This document shows positions 24,937-32,689 of a stretch of 40,729 nucleotides of DNA, piece after piece (the first letter of the stretch is position 1; every line of letters starts with the position of its first letter). The notes below the pieces were generated by a model. The model was not told the DNA's origin and made no database searches. It saw nothing but the letters and a program-made list of their open reading frames with translations. The stretch comes from Candidatus Scatomorpha pullistercoris (GTDB lineage Bacteria > Bacillota > Clostridia > Oscillospirales > Oscillospiraceae), in assembly GCA_018716635.1 (NCBI GenBank), contig DVJS01000261.1:1-40729 (forward strand). The letters are read 5' to 3'. Position numbers and translations under genes: made by a program.

Positions 24937-25566
24937 TCAGGACAGGTACTCCCGCAGGATGCGCTCAGCTCTTTCGGGGTTGAATATGTGGCAGGTGCAG
25001 GACGAGCTGAGGCGGAGCGCGGCGTCGTGGGGGCTGAGTTTGCCGCTGCGGACTTTTTCCGCGGCGTCTTCGACGAGGGAGAAGGGTACCATGCCGTGTC
25101 CGCACATCGAGGACACCTGGGATATGCGCTCGTCTTGAGGAAGCTTTTCCTCTGTATTGCCCCAGACTCCGAGGGACATATTGACCGTATGCGGCTCAAG
25201 TCCGGCCTTTTGACAGCAGGAGTGAACACTGTCGAAAAGGCCGGAGACCACCACGGAGATCCCGAGGTCTGCCTCGTGGAGCTCCTTCATGCAGGCGGCG
25301 AGTTCCTTTTCATCTGTAAAGACCGCGTGGAAGACAGTGGTATCTGTGAACAGTGGCTGTGCGTCCTTGAGGTTTTCCGGGGTGAGTTTATCCGGGAAGC
25401 CGATGATCCCGGCATTGGCGGTGCTGTATTTGACGACTATGCCGGCAAGCTCGAAGATGCGGGCGGCGCAGCCTTCGCGATTGAATCCGCGTGCTCCGAG
25501 GGCCAGCATGGGGAAATCGTTTTTCAGGCTCTCGACGCTGCCGCTTCTGTGCAGGGTGTGAGACAT
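24937..25566 (-). CDS. uncharacterised 209-aa Cys-rich protein, translationally coupled to the upstream 4Fe-4S protein
   Basis: The frame is clean with GC-rich third positions. An AAGGAGGA RBS is embedded in the last codons of the upstream gene, and ATG follows 1 nt after its TGA. Cys motifs are HSCCQK, SSMCGHG and SSSCTCH. I recognise no family. Confidence 0.6.
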   Translation of the reverse strand: MSHTLHRSGSVESLKNDFPMLALGARGFNREGCAARIFELAGIVVKYSTANAGIIGFPDKLTPENLKDAQPLFTDTTVFHAVFTDEKELAACMKELHEADLGISVVVSGLFDSVHSCCQKAGLEPHTVNMSLGVWGNTEEKLPQDERISQVSSMCGHGMVPFSLVEDAAEKVRSGKLSPHDAALRLSSSCTCHIFNPERAERILREYLS

Positions 25567-25567
25567 T

Positions 25568-26278
25568 TCAATCCTCCTTTACATGGCCGAGACCGATACA
25601 GGTCTTTCCATTGGGCCTCGGCTCCACTCCGGCACGCTCGAGCAGGGGCGTCACCGGGTTCCGGCCGTTCTCCAGCCTGACGATGAGGTCCACGCTGAAT
25701 ACGGTATCCACCTTTTTCTGGGCTTCCTTCAAGTCCTGAAGCAATCCGGGAAGCTCTGCGGGGTCCAGCAGGCCCTCGATTATGGCTGAGAGTACTCTCT
25801 CGTTGAGGAACTCTTTCCTGACCTTTCCGGGACGGCTCTCCTCAAATATGAGGGCTGTGGGGTTTTCGGTCTCGAGCCTTGCTCCGTGCTTGACGAACAC
25901 GTCGGCTATGGTCTGAAGGTCGGAGAGCGTCGAGCCGGTGGAGGGCCTGCCCATTTCACAGGCAAAGCCGATAGTACCGGCGGGGAAGCGCCCGGTGACG
26001 TCGTTGGTCTTCATCTCCTCGGTGCCGCGGCCGTTTATTCCCGTGTTGGGAGACACCTCCCTGACATTGCTGAATATGGCGCGGATGAGGCGGGGCATCA
26101 CCATGGTCTGCTGTACGAGGGCCTCCTTGCGGCAAACGCCGGAAAAGCGGCAATTCCCGCACTCCACGCAGAGGTCAAGGTCTATATAAGCCTTTTTGTT
26201 TTGAATGCTGATGGCCTGTGTTGGACAGTACGGCCTGCACAGTCCGCATCCGATGCATTTGTTCTGGTCTACAACCAT
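25568..26278 (-). CDS. 4Fe-4S dicluster ferredoxin-domain protein with an uncharacterised ~170-aa C-terminal domain
   Basis: 236 aa. CIGCGLCRPYCP and CVECGNCRFSGVC form two ferredoxin-type cluster motifs in the first 55 aa. AGGAGG lies 8 nt upstream of the ATG. Confidence 0.75.
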   Translation of the reverse strand: MVVDQNKCIGCGLCRPYCPTQAISIQNKKAYIDLDLCVECGNCRFSGVCRKEALVQQTMVMPRLIRAIFSNVREVSPNTGINGRGTEEMKTNDVTGRFPAGTIGFACEMGRPSTGSTLSDLQTIADVFVKHGARLETENPTALIFEESRPGKVRKEFLNERVLSAIIEGLLDPAELPGLLQDLKEAQKKVDTVFSVDLIVRLENGRNPVTPLLERAGVEPRPNGKTCIGLGHVKED

Positions 26279-26298
26279 CTGATGTTCCTCCTGCTGTT

Positions 26299-26312
26299 TA
26301 TTGGAGCCAATA
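26299..26312. promoter_or_regulatory. palindrome TATTGG-AG-CCAATA; candidate regulator (LysR) binding site
   Basis: A 6+6 inverted repeat with a 2-nt centre lies immediately upstream of the RBS of the Fe-S gene, in the divergent intergenic region. The 2-nt loop is too short for an RNA hairpin. Confidence 0.3.
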
Positions 26313-26507
26313 CAGCCGTTTTATAGGCATATTAGCCAATTTTATATGTGTGCAAAATGCGCCGGTGTACAAAATAACTATCATCAAGTTTGGTTGTATC
26401 ATTCAAAGCGGAACATGTCCAATTCGAAACTCAAGACAAGGTATAACAAAGTCTTATCTTGAGGGAGGGGCTGCCGCCCTGGACGTCGGGAAGAGGAGGC
26501 GCGAGCG

Positions 26508-27410
26508 GTGCTGGAGAAACTGGAATATTTTTTAAAAGTAGCCGAGCTGGGGAGCTTCCGGCTGGCGTCCGAGGAGCTGTTCATGACGCAGCCGGCATTG
26601 AGCTCGTCGATAGCCAGATTCGAGGCGGAGCTGGGCGTAAAGCTGTTCGACAGGGGCAGCCGCGGGGTCAGGCTGACGCCGATAGGAGAGGAAATATATC
26701 CCGAGGTCCGGGAGATATGCGCGCATTACCGGAAGCTGCTGGGCGCTGTTGAGGAATACAGAGAAGGCTCGAGGAACGTCATAAATCTGGGCACGGCCAT
26801 ACGGCATTCAGTGCTGATAGTGGGGCAATTTATGCTGGAGAACCCCAATTACAGCATGATGCTCAGCCAGTATTCGTCATATAATGAGCTGAAGCGGGCG
26901 CTGTTGAACGGGGTTATAGATGTCAGCCTGTGTGCGCCTCCGGTGGAGGGAGAAGGTATAGAGGCGCAGGTGATAGTGAACGAGGCCCTGTGCGTACTGA
27001 TGAATAAGGCCCACAGATTATCCGGCAGAAGCTCCGTGAGCCTTGAGGAGCTGTTGGGGGAGCAGTTTTTGAAGCTGCCCGAATCGCATCCGTTCAATAT
27101 ACAGCTGACTGGCATTTATAAGGCGGCCGGGCTGAGCGAGCCGCCCTGTGTCATGCACGCTGATGCCGACGCCAACGCCTTGTATATATCGTCGAAGCAC
27201 GGGGAGACATTTTTGACAATAATGCCGGTATCGAGATGCAAGGAGTTTGTAAGCAACGACCCGCATCTGGTGTATGTGCCCCTGAGCGAATCCATTTGTT
27301 ATCGTTCGATCGGCATATCCCGGCTGAAGAAAAATGCGCCGAGCCGGGAGCTGCTTAGTTTCATAGACTGTATGAGGGAGTATTACTCGGCAGAAAAATT
27401 TAAACTATAA
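26508..27410 (+). CDS. LysR-family transcriptional regulator
   Basis: 300 aa. GTG start 7 nt after GAGGAGG. The N-terminus LEYFLKVAELGSFRLASEELFMTQPALSSSIARFEAELGVKLFDR is the LysR wHTH. Confidence 0.9.
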   Translation: MLEKLEYFLKVAELGSFRLASEELFMTQPALSSSIARFEAELGVKLFDRGSRGVRLTPIGEEIYPEVREICAHYRKLLGAVEEYREGSRNVINLGTAIRHSVLIVGQFMLENPNYSMMLSQYSSYNELKRALLNGVIDVSLCAPPVEGEGIEAQVIVNEALCVLMNKAHRLSGRSSVSLEELLGEQFLKLPESHPFNIQLTGIYKAAGLSEPPCVMHADADANALYISSKHGETFLTIMPVSRCKEFVSNDPHLVYVPLSESICYRSIGISRLKKNAPSRELLSFIDCMREYYSAEKFKL

Positions 27411-27415
27411 AACAA

Positions 27416-27454
27416 ACGGGCAGCCCGGTCACTTTACCGGACTGCCCGTTTTTT
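27416..27454. terminator. bidirectional intrinsic terminator (LysR / B3-4 gene)
   Basis: An ACGGGCAG...CTGCCCGT outer stem and a CCGGT/ACCGG inner stem are followed by T6 on the plus strand. An A-rich tract lies upstream. Confidence 0.75.
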
Positions 27455-27469
27455 GTTTGTTATCATGTT

Positions 27470-28177
27470 TTACAGCTCGACCTCGAACACGGGGTTATCC
27501 TTGTTTACGAGGCCGACGGCGGTTTTGGCGCCGAAGTATTTTTCAAGGCCCGCGGCCAAATCCGCCCTTGCCGCGAGGACCCGGTCGAGGTTAAGGCTCG
27601 TGAAACCGTCTATGGGGAACAGCAGGTCCCGCGTCTCCGGCGTGATCTTGCCGATCTCGCTCTGCCTCCAGGTCCAGCGCCGGGTCCGCACCTGTCCGTC
27701 AGACACGTACACCACCTCGTCAGGCTCCGGCGTCTCCGCCTCACCGCCGCCGAAGGGCACGAAGCTGTCGCCCGGCTCGGCGTGCCGCACCTCCAGCGCC
27801 CGAGTCACCGTGCCCATGTCGTGCGCCCCTATCGGCAGACGGTACTTCAGCGATACTGCGTTTCCAAAGTCCACCACCGGGCTTATTTCCGGGAAGCCCT
27901 TGCCCTTGGCTATCCTCGTCAGCAGCGCCTCTATCGAGCACATGAACTTGTTCGGGTTTATATTCAGCGCCCGGAACGCATCCCGGTACGGCACGATCTC
28001 GGGCGACTCCTTGACCTTCACGCCCTCCAGGGCCTTCTCGCAGGCCGCGATGCTCTCGTGAAGCAGCGCCGATACCTCGGCTATCGCCTTCGTATTGTCC
28101 GCGCCTTTTACCGCGACTACGCCGAAACAGGCGTCCGGCAGCAGCTCAAACACCTTTGCAGACACTTCAAATCTCAT
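27470..28177 (-). CDS. B3/B4 domain-containing protein (PheRS beta-subunit tRNA-binding/editing-like domain)
   Basis: I start the gene at ATG 28177 (MRFEVSAKVFELLPDACFGVVAV), preceded by AAGGAG. The ORF-track extension to 28597 is Gly/Arg-rich nonsense overlapping the SbcC-like gene. The family call comes from the typical N-terminus and the IGAHD-type core (PIGAHDMGTV). Confidence 0.7.
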   Translation of the reverse strand: MRFEVSAKVFELLPDACFGVVAVKGADNTKAIAEVSALLHESIAACEKALEGVKVKESPEIVPYRDAFRALNINPNKFMCSIEALLTRIAKGKGFPEISPVVDFGNAVSLKYRLPIGAHDMGTVTRALEVRHAEPGDSFVPFGGGEAETPEPDEVVYVSDGQVRTRRWTWRQSEIGKITPETRDLLFPIDGFTSLNLDRVLAARADLAAGLEKYFGAKTAVGLVNKDNPVFEVEL

Positions 28178-28191
28178 CGTGTTACATCTCC

Positions 28192-30060
28192 TTATTCGCA
28201 CGTGAATAATATTACCTGCCGCTTTTCGGCTATCTCGCCCAGCAGGTCCATTGCCGCGGCTCGCCGCTCGCTGTCGAGATTCACCAGCGCGTCGTCCAGT
28301 ATTATCGGGCAGGGGTCCGCCTCCGGCAGCGTCAGGTCGACTATGGCCAGCCGCACGGCCAGGTACATCAGGTCCGCCGCGCCCGCGCTCAGATACAGCG
28401 CCTCTCTCGACTCCGGCTCCCCCGCGCGCTTGAGCAGCACCGAAAAATCCCGCGACACCGCCACGTCCGTATACCGGCCGGCCGTCAGCCTCGACAGGTA
28501 CTCCGCCGCCCTTCGGCTGAGCGCCGGGGAAAACCTGTTTTGCAGCTCGGCGTCCGCTTCCCTCAGCGTCTCCGACGCCAGGGCGATCGCTTCGCACTGC
28601 GCTTCGAGTTCCCTGAGCCGCTCCCTTTTGAACAGGATGCCGCTCTCTATTGCCATCGGGTCGCCTGTAGCGGCGATCGTCCCGCCAAGCTCGGAGATGG
28701 CGGACTTGAGCCGCTCGCAGCGGTTTTGCAGTATTCGTACCTCCTGCCCGGCATCGGCCGGCGGCTCAAGCAGCCGTTCCTCCGCCCGCCGCCGCCTGAG
28801 CCTCGCGTCCTCGAGCCTTCGAAGCACCTGTTCCTCTTTCCCGGCGGAATGTTCCGCCCTTTCGCACAGGCGCGCATAGTCGTCGGCCGCCCGGCGCAGC
28901 TCCTGCGCGTCAGCTGCCGCGTATTCTCTCAGCAGCCTCCGGCGCTCTCTTTCGGCCTCCTCCGCCCGCTTTCTCGATCTCGAGGCCAGAACCACCCTCC
29001 ATACGCTGAGCACGGCGAATATCGCCGCGCCGATGAGCGCATACAGGCTCAAGAAGCAGGCTCCGAGGCAGAGCACCGCAAGCGCCGCAAAAACGTATAA
29101 CAGCGTGTCGGTTTTGCGTCCCGCTTGTATGTTTTCCAGCTCGGAGAGTCTTTTCACGGCGGCTTCGGCCCTGGCGCCGGCCTCCTCAGGGCTCATTCCG
29201 GAAAAAAGCCCGGCCTGTGCCGCGCCGTCGGCCTCTGCTCTTGCTGCGACCGCCTTAGAGTACTCGGCCTCGAGTCTGGCCGTTTCCACCCCCAGCTCGG
29301 CCGCCTCGCTGCGCAGTCTCTGTATATACTCCGCCCGCCGGCGTTTTTCGCTCTCGGCGAGCCGTTCCGCTTCGAGCTTCGCGGCCTCCAGCTCCTGCAG
29401 CAGGACATCCCGCTGCCCGACCGAGTTCGAGAGCTTCTCGAGCTGCCGCTCCTGTACCGCGAGCGCAGCCTCCAGCTCGGGCATCGCCCCGGTACGGGTC
29501 CGGCTGCGTCTGCGGTTCTGCCAGCTTCGGAGCCTTGAGAGCGCCTCGGAGCAGCTCGTATCCTCCTCGCCGGTCGAGACCACCGCGGCGATCCTTCGTT
29601 CCAGCTCCGCCGTGCCGGTCACCGCCGCCTCGCCCTGGCCTATGAAGGCGCTCCTTCTGAACACCTCGCTGCCGGCGCCTGTGAGCTTTTCTCCGGCATT
29701 GCCGCCCGTAAGCCCCGGCACGGGGTTCGCCGTGCCCTTATACACCGCGTGGAAATCGCGCATCGGGGCCGCAGCGCTTTTTGAGGCCCTCGTCAGCGTC
29801 AGCTCGCGGCCGCCGGCCTCTATGTCCATCCGGCCCGACATGGGTTTGCCGGACCAGGGCATATATCTCAGTTTGTCGGGCAGGTAGCCTGCCTTCACCC
29901 TTGCGGAGGTGTCGATACCGTACAGCATTGCCCGTATGAAGGCGCACCAGGTGCTTTTGCCGCTCTCGTTCGGGCGGCGTATGATGTTCAGGCCCGGCTC
30001 CAGCTCCAGTGTTTCTCCGTCGAGGCAGCCGAAGTTTGCGCTCATGCTGCGGATTATCAT
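28192..30060 (-). CDS. SbcC/YhaN-like SMC-type ATPase with a central hydrophobic hairpin
   Basis: 622 aa. It has a Walker A (RRPNESGKST), long Ala/Glu/Arg-rich coiled-coil segments, a signature-like YLSAGAADLMYLAVRLA and a Walker B (PIILDDALVNLD). A central stretch (LLYVFAALAVLCLGACFLSLYALIGAAIFAVLSVW) looks like two TM helices. Confidence 0.75.
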   Translation of the reverse strand: MIIRSMSANFGCLDGETLELEPGLNIIRRPNESGKSTWCAFIRAMLYGIDTSARVKAGYLPDKLRYMPWSGKPMSGRMDIEAGGRELTLTRASKSAAAPMRDFHAVYKGTANPVPGLTGGNAGEKLTGAGSEVFRRSAFIGQGEAAVTGTAELERRIAAVVSTGEEDTSCSEALSRLRSWQNRRRSRTRTGAMPELEAALAVQERQLEKLSNSVGQRDVLLQELEAAKLEAERLAESEKRRRAEYIQRLRSEAAELGVETARLEAEYSKAVAARAEADGAAQAGLFSGMSPEEAGARAEAAVKRLSELENIQAGRKTDTLLYVFAALAVLCLGACFLSLYALIGAAIFAVLSVWRVVLASRSRKRAEEAERERRRLLREYAAADAQELRRAADDYARLCERAEHSAGKEEQVLRRLEDARLRRRRAEERLLEPPADAGQEVRILQNRCERLKSAISELGGTIAATGDPMAIESGILFKRERLRELEAQCEAIALASETLREADAELQNRFSPALSRRAAEYLSRLTAGRYTDVAVSRDFSVLLKRAGEPESREALYLSAGAADLMYLAVRLAIVDLTLPEADPCPIILDDALVNLDSERRAAAMDLLGEIAEKRQVILFTCE

Positions 30061-31142
30061 ATGGCCTCCGCCTCCTCTGCTCCGTCCAGCGCGGCGAGGC
30101 CCCAGCGCACCGCCCTTGTCACGGCCTCACGCTCCGCGTCGTCCGCGGCGTTTTCGTATCTTTCCTTCAGCCTTCTCAGGAAGACGCCGCGGAGCGAGTC
30201 CTCTCCGGCCCTCTGCCAGATGTCCCGCCGTATCCGCGTCTCGTCCCTGAGCTTCAGGCCGAAGCAGCCGCCCTCGAGCCTGCGGCGCAGCTCCGCAAGG
30301 TCCGGCGGGGCGTCCGTCTCGCCCTCGACCACTATCTTGTACACGTTCCTCTCGGCGTTCTCCGGCAGACGGAAAGCCTCCAGCTCCGAGGCGTCCAGCC
30401 GTATAAGCTCGTATCGCCTTGTCCCGGCCGGCACGAACTCGATCTCCGTTCGGCCCGGCTCGACATCGGCTATTATGACGCCCTTTTCGCCAAGCTCGTC
30501 GAAGCCCCGGCCCTCCGGGCAGCCCGGCCAGGCATAGAAACAGCCTCCGGCCTGTCTCAGCCCCGAGAACTTATGTATGTGCCCCAGAGCCGCGTAGTCG
30601 ATGCCGCTGAGTGCCAGCTCGTCCTCGCTTATCGGGTCGTGCCTCGAGCTTGGGACGCCCACGTCGCCGTGGATGCACAAAAGCTGCGTCAGGCCGCCGC
30701 GCTCGCCCACGAAAAAGTTCCTGAGCAGCGGCTCCGAAAAGCTGTCCGTAAAGGCTGCGCCCCAGACCCTGACCCCCAGCTCGGGCAGTTCCACGGCCTC
30801 GAGCTTAGGGGAGCTGAAGACGTGCACGTTCTCTGGCAGTCTCATCCTCTGCCAGCGGCCGTTCGGAGCGTAAAAATCGTGATTTCCGGGCGAGATGAAG
30901 ACCGGTACCGCCATCTCCGCCAGCGCAAGGCACAGCTGTTCCTCGGTACCGGCCCAGCTCTTGCGGCTGTCGAACAGGTCTCCCGGCAGGAGCACGAGCT
31001 GCGCGCCGTACTGCGCACGGAGCTGAGCCAGGGACCTCAGCAGCTCCCTCTGCTCAGAGCGGCGTATCGCCGCCTTCTCGGACGGCAGGCTCTCGAAGGG
31101 CGAGTCAAGGTGCAGGTCCGCCGCGTGCAGTATGCGGATCAT
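30057..31142 (-). CDS. SbcD/YhaO-like calcineurin-fold metallophosphoesterase (DNA repair exonuclease family)
   Basis: I start the gene at ATG 31142 (MIRILHAADLHLDSPF). GDLFD, PGNHD and IHGD are the Mre11/SbcD phosphoesterase motifs. ATGA overlaps link it to both neighbours. Confidence 0.8.
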   Translation of the reverse strand: MIRILHAADLHLDSPFESLPSEKAAIRRSEQRELLRSLAQLRAQYGAQLVLLPGDLFDSRKSWAGTEEQLCLALAEMAVPVFISPGNHDFYAPNGRWQRMRLPENVHVFSSPKLEAVELPELGVRVWGAAFTDSFSEPLLRNFFVGERGGLTQLLCIHGDVGVPSSRHDPISEDELALSGIDYAALGHIHKFSGLRQAGGCFYAWPGCPEGRGFDELGEKGVIIADVEPGRTEIEFVPAGTRRYELIRLDASELEAFRLPENAERNVYKIVVEGETDAPPDLAELRRRLEGGCFGLKLRDETRIRRDIWQRAGEDSLRGVFLRRLKERYENAADDAEREAVTRAVRWGLAALDGAEEAEAI

Positions 31143-31912
31143 CTGTACCTCACCGCCTCGACCTTCAGGCAGGCGCCGGACTCGGTATCCAGCTCGAACA
31201 GCGCGCCTTCGAGCTTCGCCTCCCCCGCCGCGCAGTCGTAGCGCCTCGGCACGTCGCCGAGGAACTTTCCTATCGACTGCTCGGGCTTGATGCCTATGAC
31301 CGACTCGAACGGCCCCGTCATGCCGAGGTCGGTGATATATCCCGTGCCGCGGGGCAGTATCCGCGCGTCGGAGGTCTGCACGTGCGTGTGCGTGCCCCAG
31401 ACGGCTGAGACGCGCCCGTCGAGGAAATAGCCCATGGCGAGCTTCTCGCTCGTGGCCTCGGCGTGGAAATCCACCAGCACCATCCTCGTCTCGTTGCCCT
31501 CGAGTATGGAGTCGGCGGCAAGGAAGGGGTTGTCGGTGTTCGGGTCGAGCGTGAACTTGCCGAGCAGGTTTATGATGAGCAGCTGGCCGAAGGGCGTCTG
31601 AAAGCTGGCGTATCCCCTGCCGGGGCACTGCGGAGCGTAGTTCGCCGGCCGGAGCACCCTGGCGCTGTCGTTAAGATAGGGCTGCAGCTCCCATCGGGTC
31701 CAGGTGTGGTTTCCCAGGGTGACGGCGTCGGCGCCGGCGGCGAGTATGGCGTCGCACTGCTTCGGCGTCACGCCGACGACGTTCGCGTTTTCGCCGTTCA
31801 CGACGACAAAATCCGCGCCCAGCTCCTTCCTTATGCGCCTGAGATTTTTGGTCACGTAGTCGAGGCCGGGGTTGCCCACGACGTCGCCGACCGCGAGAAC
31901 ACGAAAAAGCAT
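31139..31912 (-). CDS. ymdB: YmdB-family metallophosphoesterase (2',3'-cyclic-nucleotide 2'-phosphodiesterase family, TIGR00282-like)
   Basis: 257 aa with LAVGDVVGNPG, VVVNGENA, TLGNHTW, DFHAEATSEK and WGTHTHVQT, the canonical YmdB motifs. Confidence 0.85.
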   Translation of the reverse strand: MLFRVLAVGDVVGNPGLDYVTKNLRRIRKELGADFVVVNGENANVVGVTPKQCDAILAAGADAVTLGNHTWTRWELQPYLNDSARVLRPANYAPQCPGRGYASFQTPFGQLLIINLLGKFTLDPNTDNPFLAADSILEGNETRMVLVDFHAEATSEKLAMGYFLDGRVSAVWGTHTHVQTSDARILPRGTGYITDLGMTGPFESVIGIKPEQSIGKFLGDVPRRYDCAAGEAKLEGALFELDTESGACLKVEAVRYR

Positions 31913-31956
31913 GGAAGCTCGCTCCTTTGCTGGAATAATTTAAATCACAATATCAA

Positions 31957-31985
31957 AGTATAGCACAAGCCGTGGCTGACCGCAA
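31957..31985 (-). promoter_or_regulatory. candidate sigma70-type promoter (extended -10) for the ymdB / sbcD-like / sbcC-like / B3-4 operon
   Basis: On the minus strand: TTGCGG, a 17-nt spacer ending in TGC, then TATACT. Confidence 0.5.
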
Positions 31986-32044
31986 ATATTATTCCTTTGC
32001 CGGGACATAATATTGATGCAAAAAGAAAGATGGAGGGCTGAAAA

Positions 32045-32209
32045 ATGCAGAACAGTTCGTTTTTGAAGGGCATGGGCATGGGGCTTGCGATAGGTGCGTC
32101 GGTCGGCATGGCGCTCGCGCCGAAGCGCAAGAACACCAACGTGGTCGGCAAGGCGCTCAAGGCCGCCGGGGAGCTCGCGGAGAACATCACCGACGCCATG
32201 ATGAAATAA
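32045..32209 (+). CDS. 54-aa small protein (Gly/Ala-rich hydrophobic N-half, amphipathic C-half); absent from the ORF track
   Basis: My hand translation gives MQNSSFLKGMGMGLAIGASVGMALAPKRKNTNVVGKALKAAGELAENITDAMMK*. GGAGGG lies 7 nt upstream, and third positions are GC-rich like other genes here. Confidence 0.5.
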   Translation: MQNSSFLKGMGMGLAIGASVGMALAPKRKNTNVVGKALKAAGELAENITDAMMK

Positions 32210-32233
32210 TTCCCGAAAACCCTGAAAAAACAC

Positions 32234-32262
32234 TTGCAAAGCCGGACACAGCGTGCTAATAT
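32234..32262 (+). promoter_or_regulatory. candidate sigma70-type promoter for tRNA-Arg
   Basis: TTGCAA, a 17-nt spacer, then TAATAT, located 17 nt upstream of the tRNA 5' end. Confidence 0.55.
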
Positions 32263-32279
32263 ATTAAGGCGCTCAATAA

Positions 32280-32356
32280 GCGCCGTTAGCTCAGCTGGAT
32301 AGAGCGTCTGGCTACGGACCAGAAGGCCGGGGGTTCGAATCCCTCACGGCGTGCCA
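32280..32356 (+). tRNA. tRNA-Arg (anticodon ACG), with CCA encoded
   Basis: I folded the cloverleaf by hand. The acceptor stem is GCGCCGT/ACGGCGT (G1-U72 wobble) and the D arm is GCTC-AGCTGGATA-GAGC. The anticodon stem is TCTGG/CCAGA with loop CTACGGA. The T arm is GGGGG-TTCGAAT-CCCTC, followed by discriminator G and CCA. Confidence 0.9.
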
Positions 32357-32359
32357 GCG

Positions 32360-32436
32360 GCGAGTCGCCGCAGACAGATCGCGCTTTTGCGCGGTCTGTT
32401 TTTTTACCCTGCCGCCCGCGCCCATACGCTGGCGGT
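32360..32436 (+). repeat. copy A of a perfect 77-bp direct repeat containing an intrinsic terminator (hairpin 32375-32398 plus T7)
   Basis: GCGAGTCGCCGCAGACAGATCGCGCTTTTGCGCGGTCTGTTTTTTTACCCTGCCGCCCGCGCCCATACGCTGGCGGT is identical to 32558-32634. The stem is CAGATCGCGC/GCGCGGTCTG. Confidence 0.9.
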
Positions 32437-32499
32437 GAATTCAGATCTCTTCACTCAGAGTGCCTCGATACGCAATGCGCGAACGGGGCGCTCGATTTG

Positions 32500-32518
32500 T
32501 TTTACCCTGCCGCCCGCG
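32500..32518 (+). repeat. partial (19-bp) third copy of the repeat core TTTTACCCTGCCGCCCGCG
   Basis: Exact match to the internal part of the 77-bp repeat. It lies between copies A and B. Confidence 0.7.
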
Positions 32519-32557
32519 TTTCTGCCTTGGCAGTTGTCCAGGCAATCTATGCTTTTT

Positions 32558-32634
32558 GCGAGTCGCCGCAGACAGATCGCGCTTTTGCGCGGTCTGTTTT
32601 TTTACCCTGCCGCCCGCGCCCATACGCTGGCGGT
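32558..32634 (+). repeat. copy B of the perfect 77-bp direct repeat (terminator hairpin 32573-32596 plus T7)
   Basis: Base-for-base identical to 32360-32436, offset by 198 bp. Confidence 0.9.
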
Positions 32635-32652
32635 CATAATACAGGACCCGTG

Positions 32653-32689
32653 CGGAGGAAAGGCTTTTTCTGCTTTTCCTCCGGTTTTT
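32653..32689 (+). terminator. additional intrinsic terminator upstream of the RDD gene
   Basis: A 12-bp stem (CGGAGGAAAGGC / GCTTTTCCTCCG, with one G-U pair) followed by GTTTTT. Confidence 0.6.

Noticed and set aside
25564-25570. Possible selenocysteine or readthrough fusion of the 4Fe-4S gene with the 209-aa gene across its TGA.
   Set aside because: The downstream gene is in a different frame. It starts at its own ATG, 1 nt after the TGA, with an embedded AAGGAGGA. Reading through the TGA in frame hits further stops within about 60 codons.
32360-32634. A possible CRISPR array or att-site duplication at the tRNA.
   Set aside because: There are only two full copies, each 77 bp and separated by 121 bp. 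There are no cas genes and no spacer-like periodicity. The repeat does not include the tRNA 3' end, and no integrase is present, so neither a CRISPR nor a classical attL/attR interpretation is supported.
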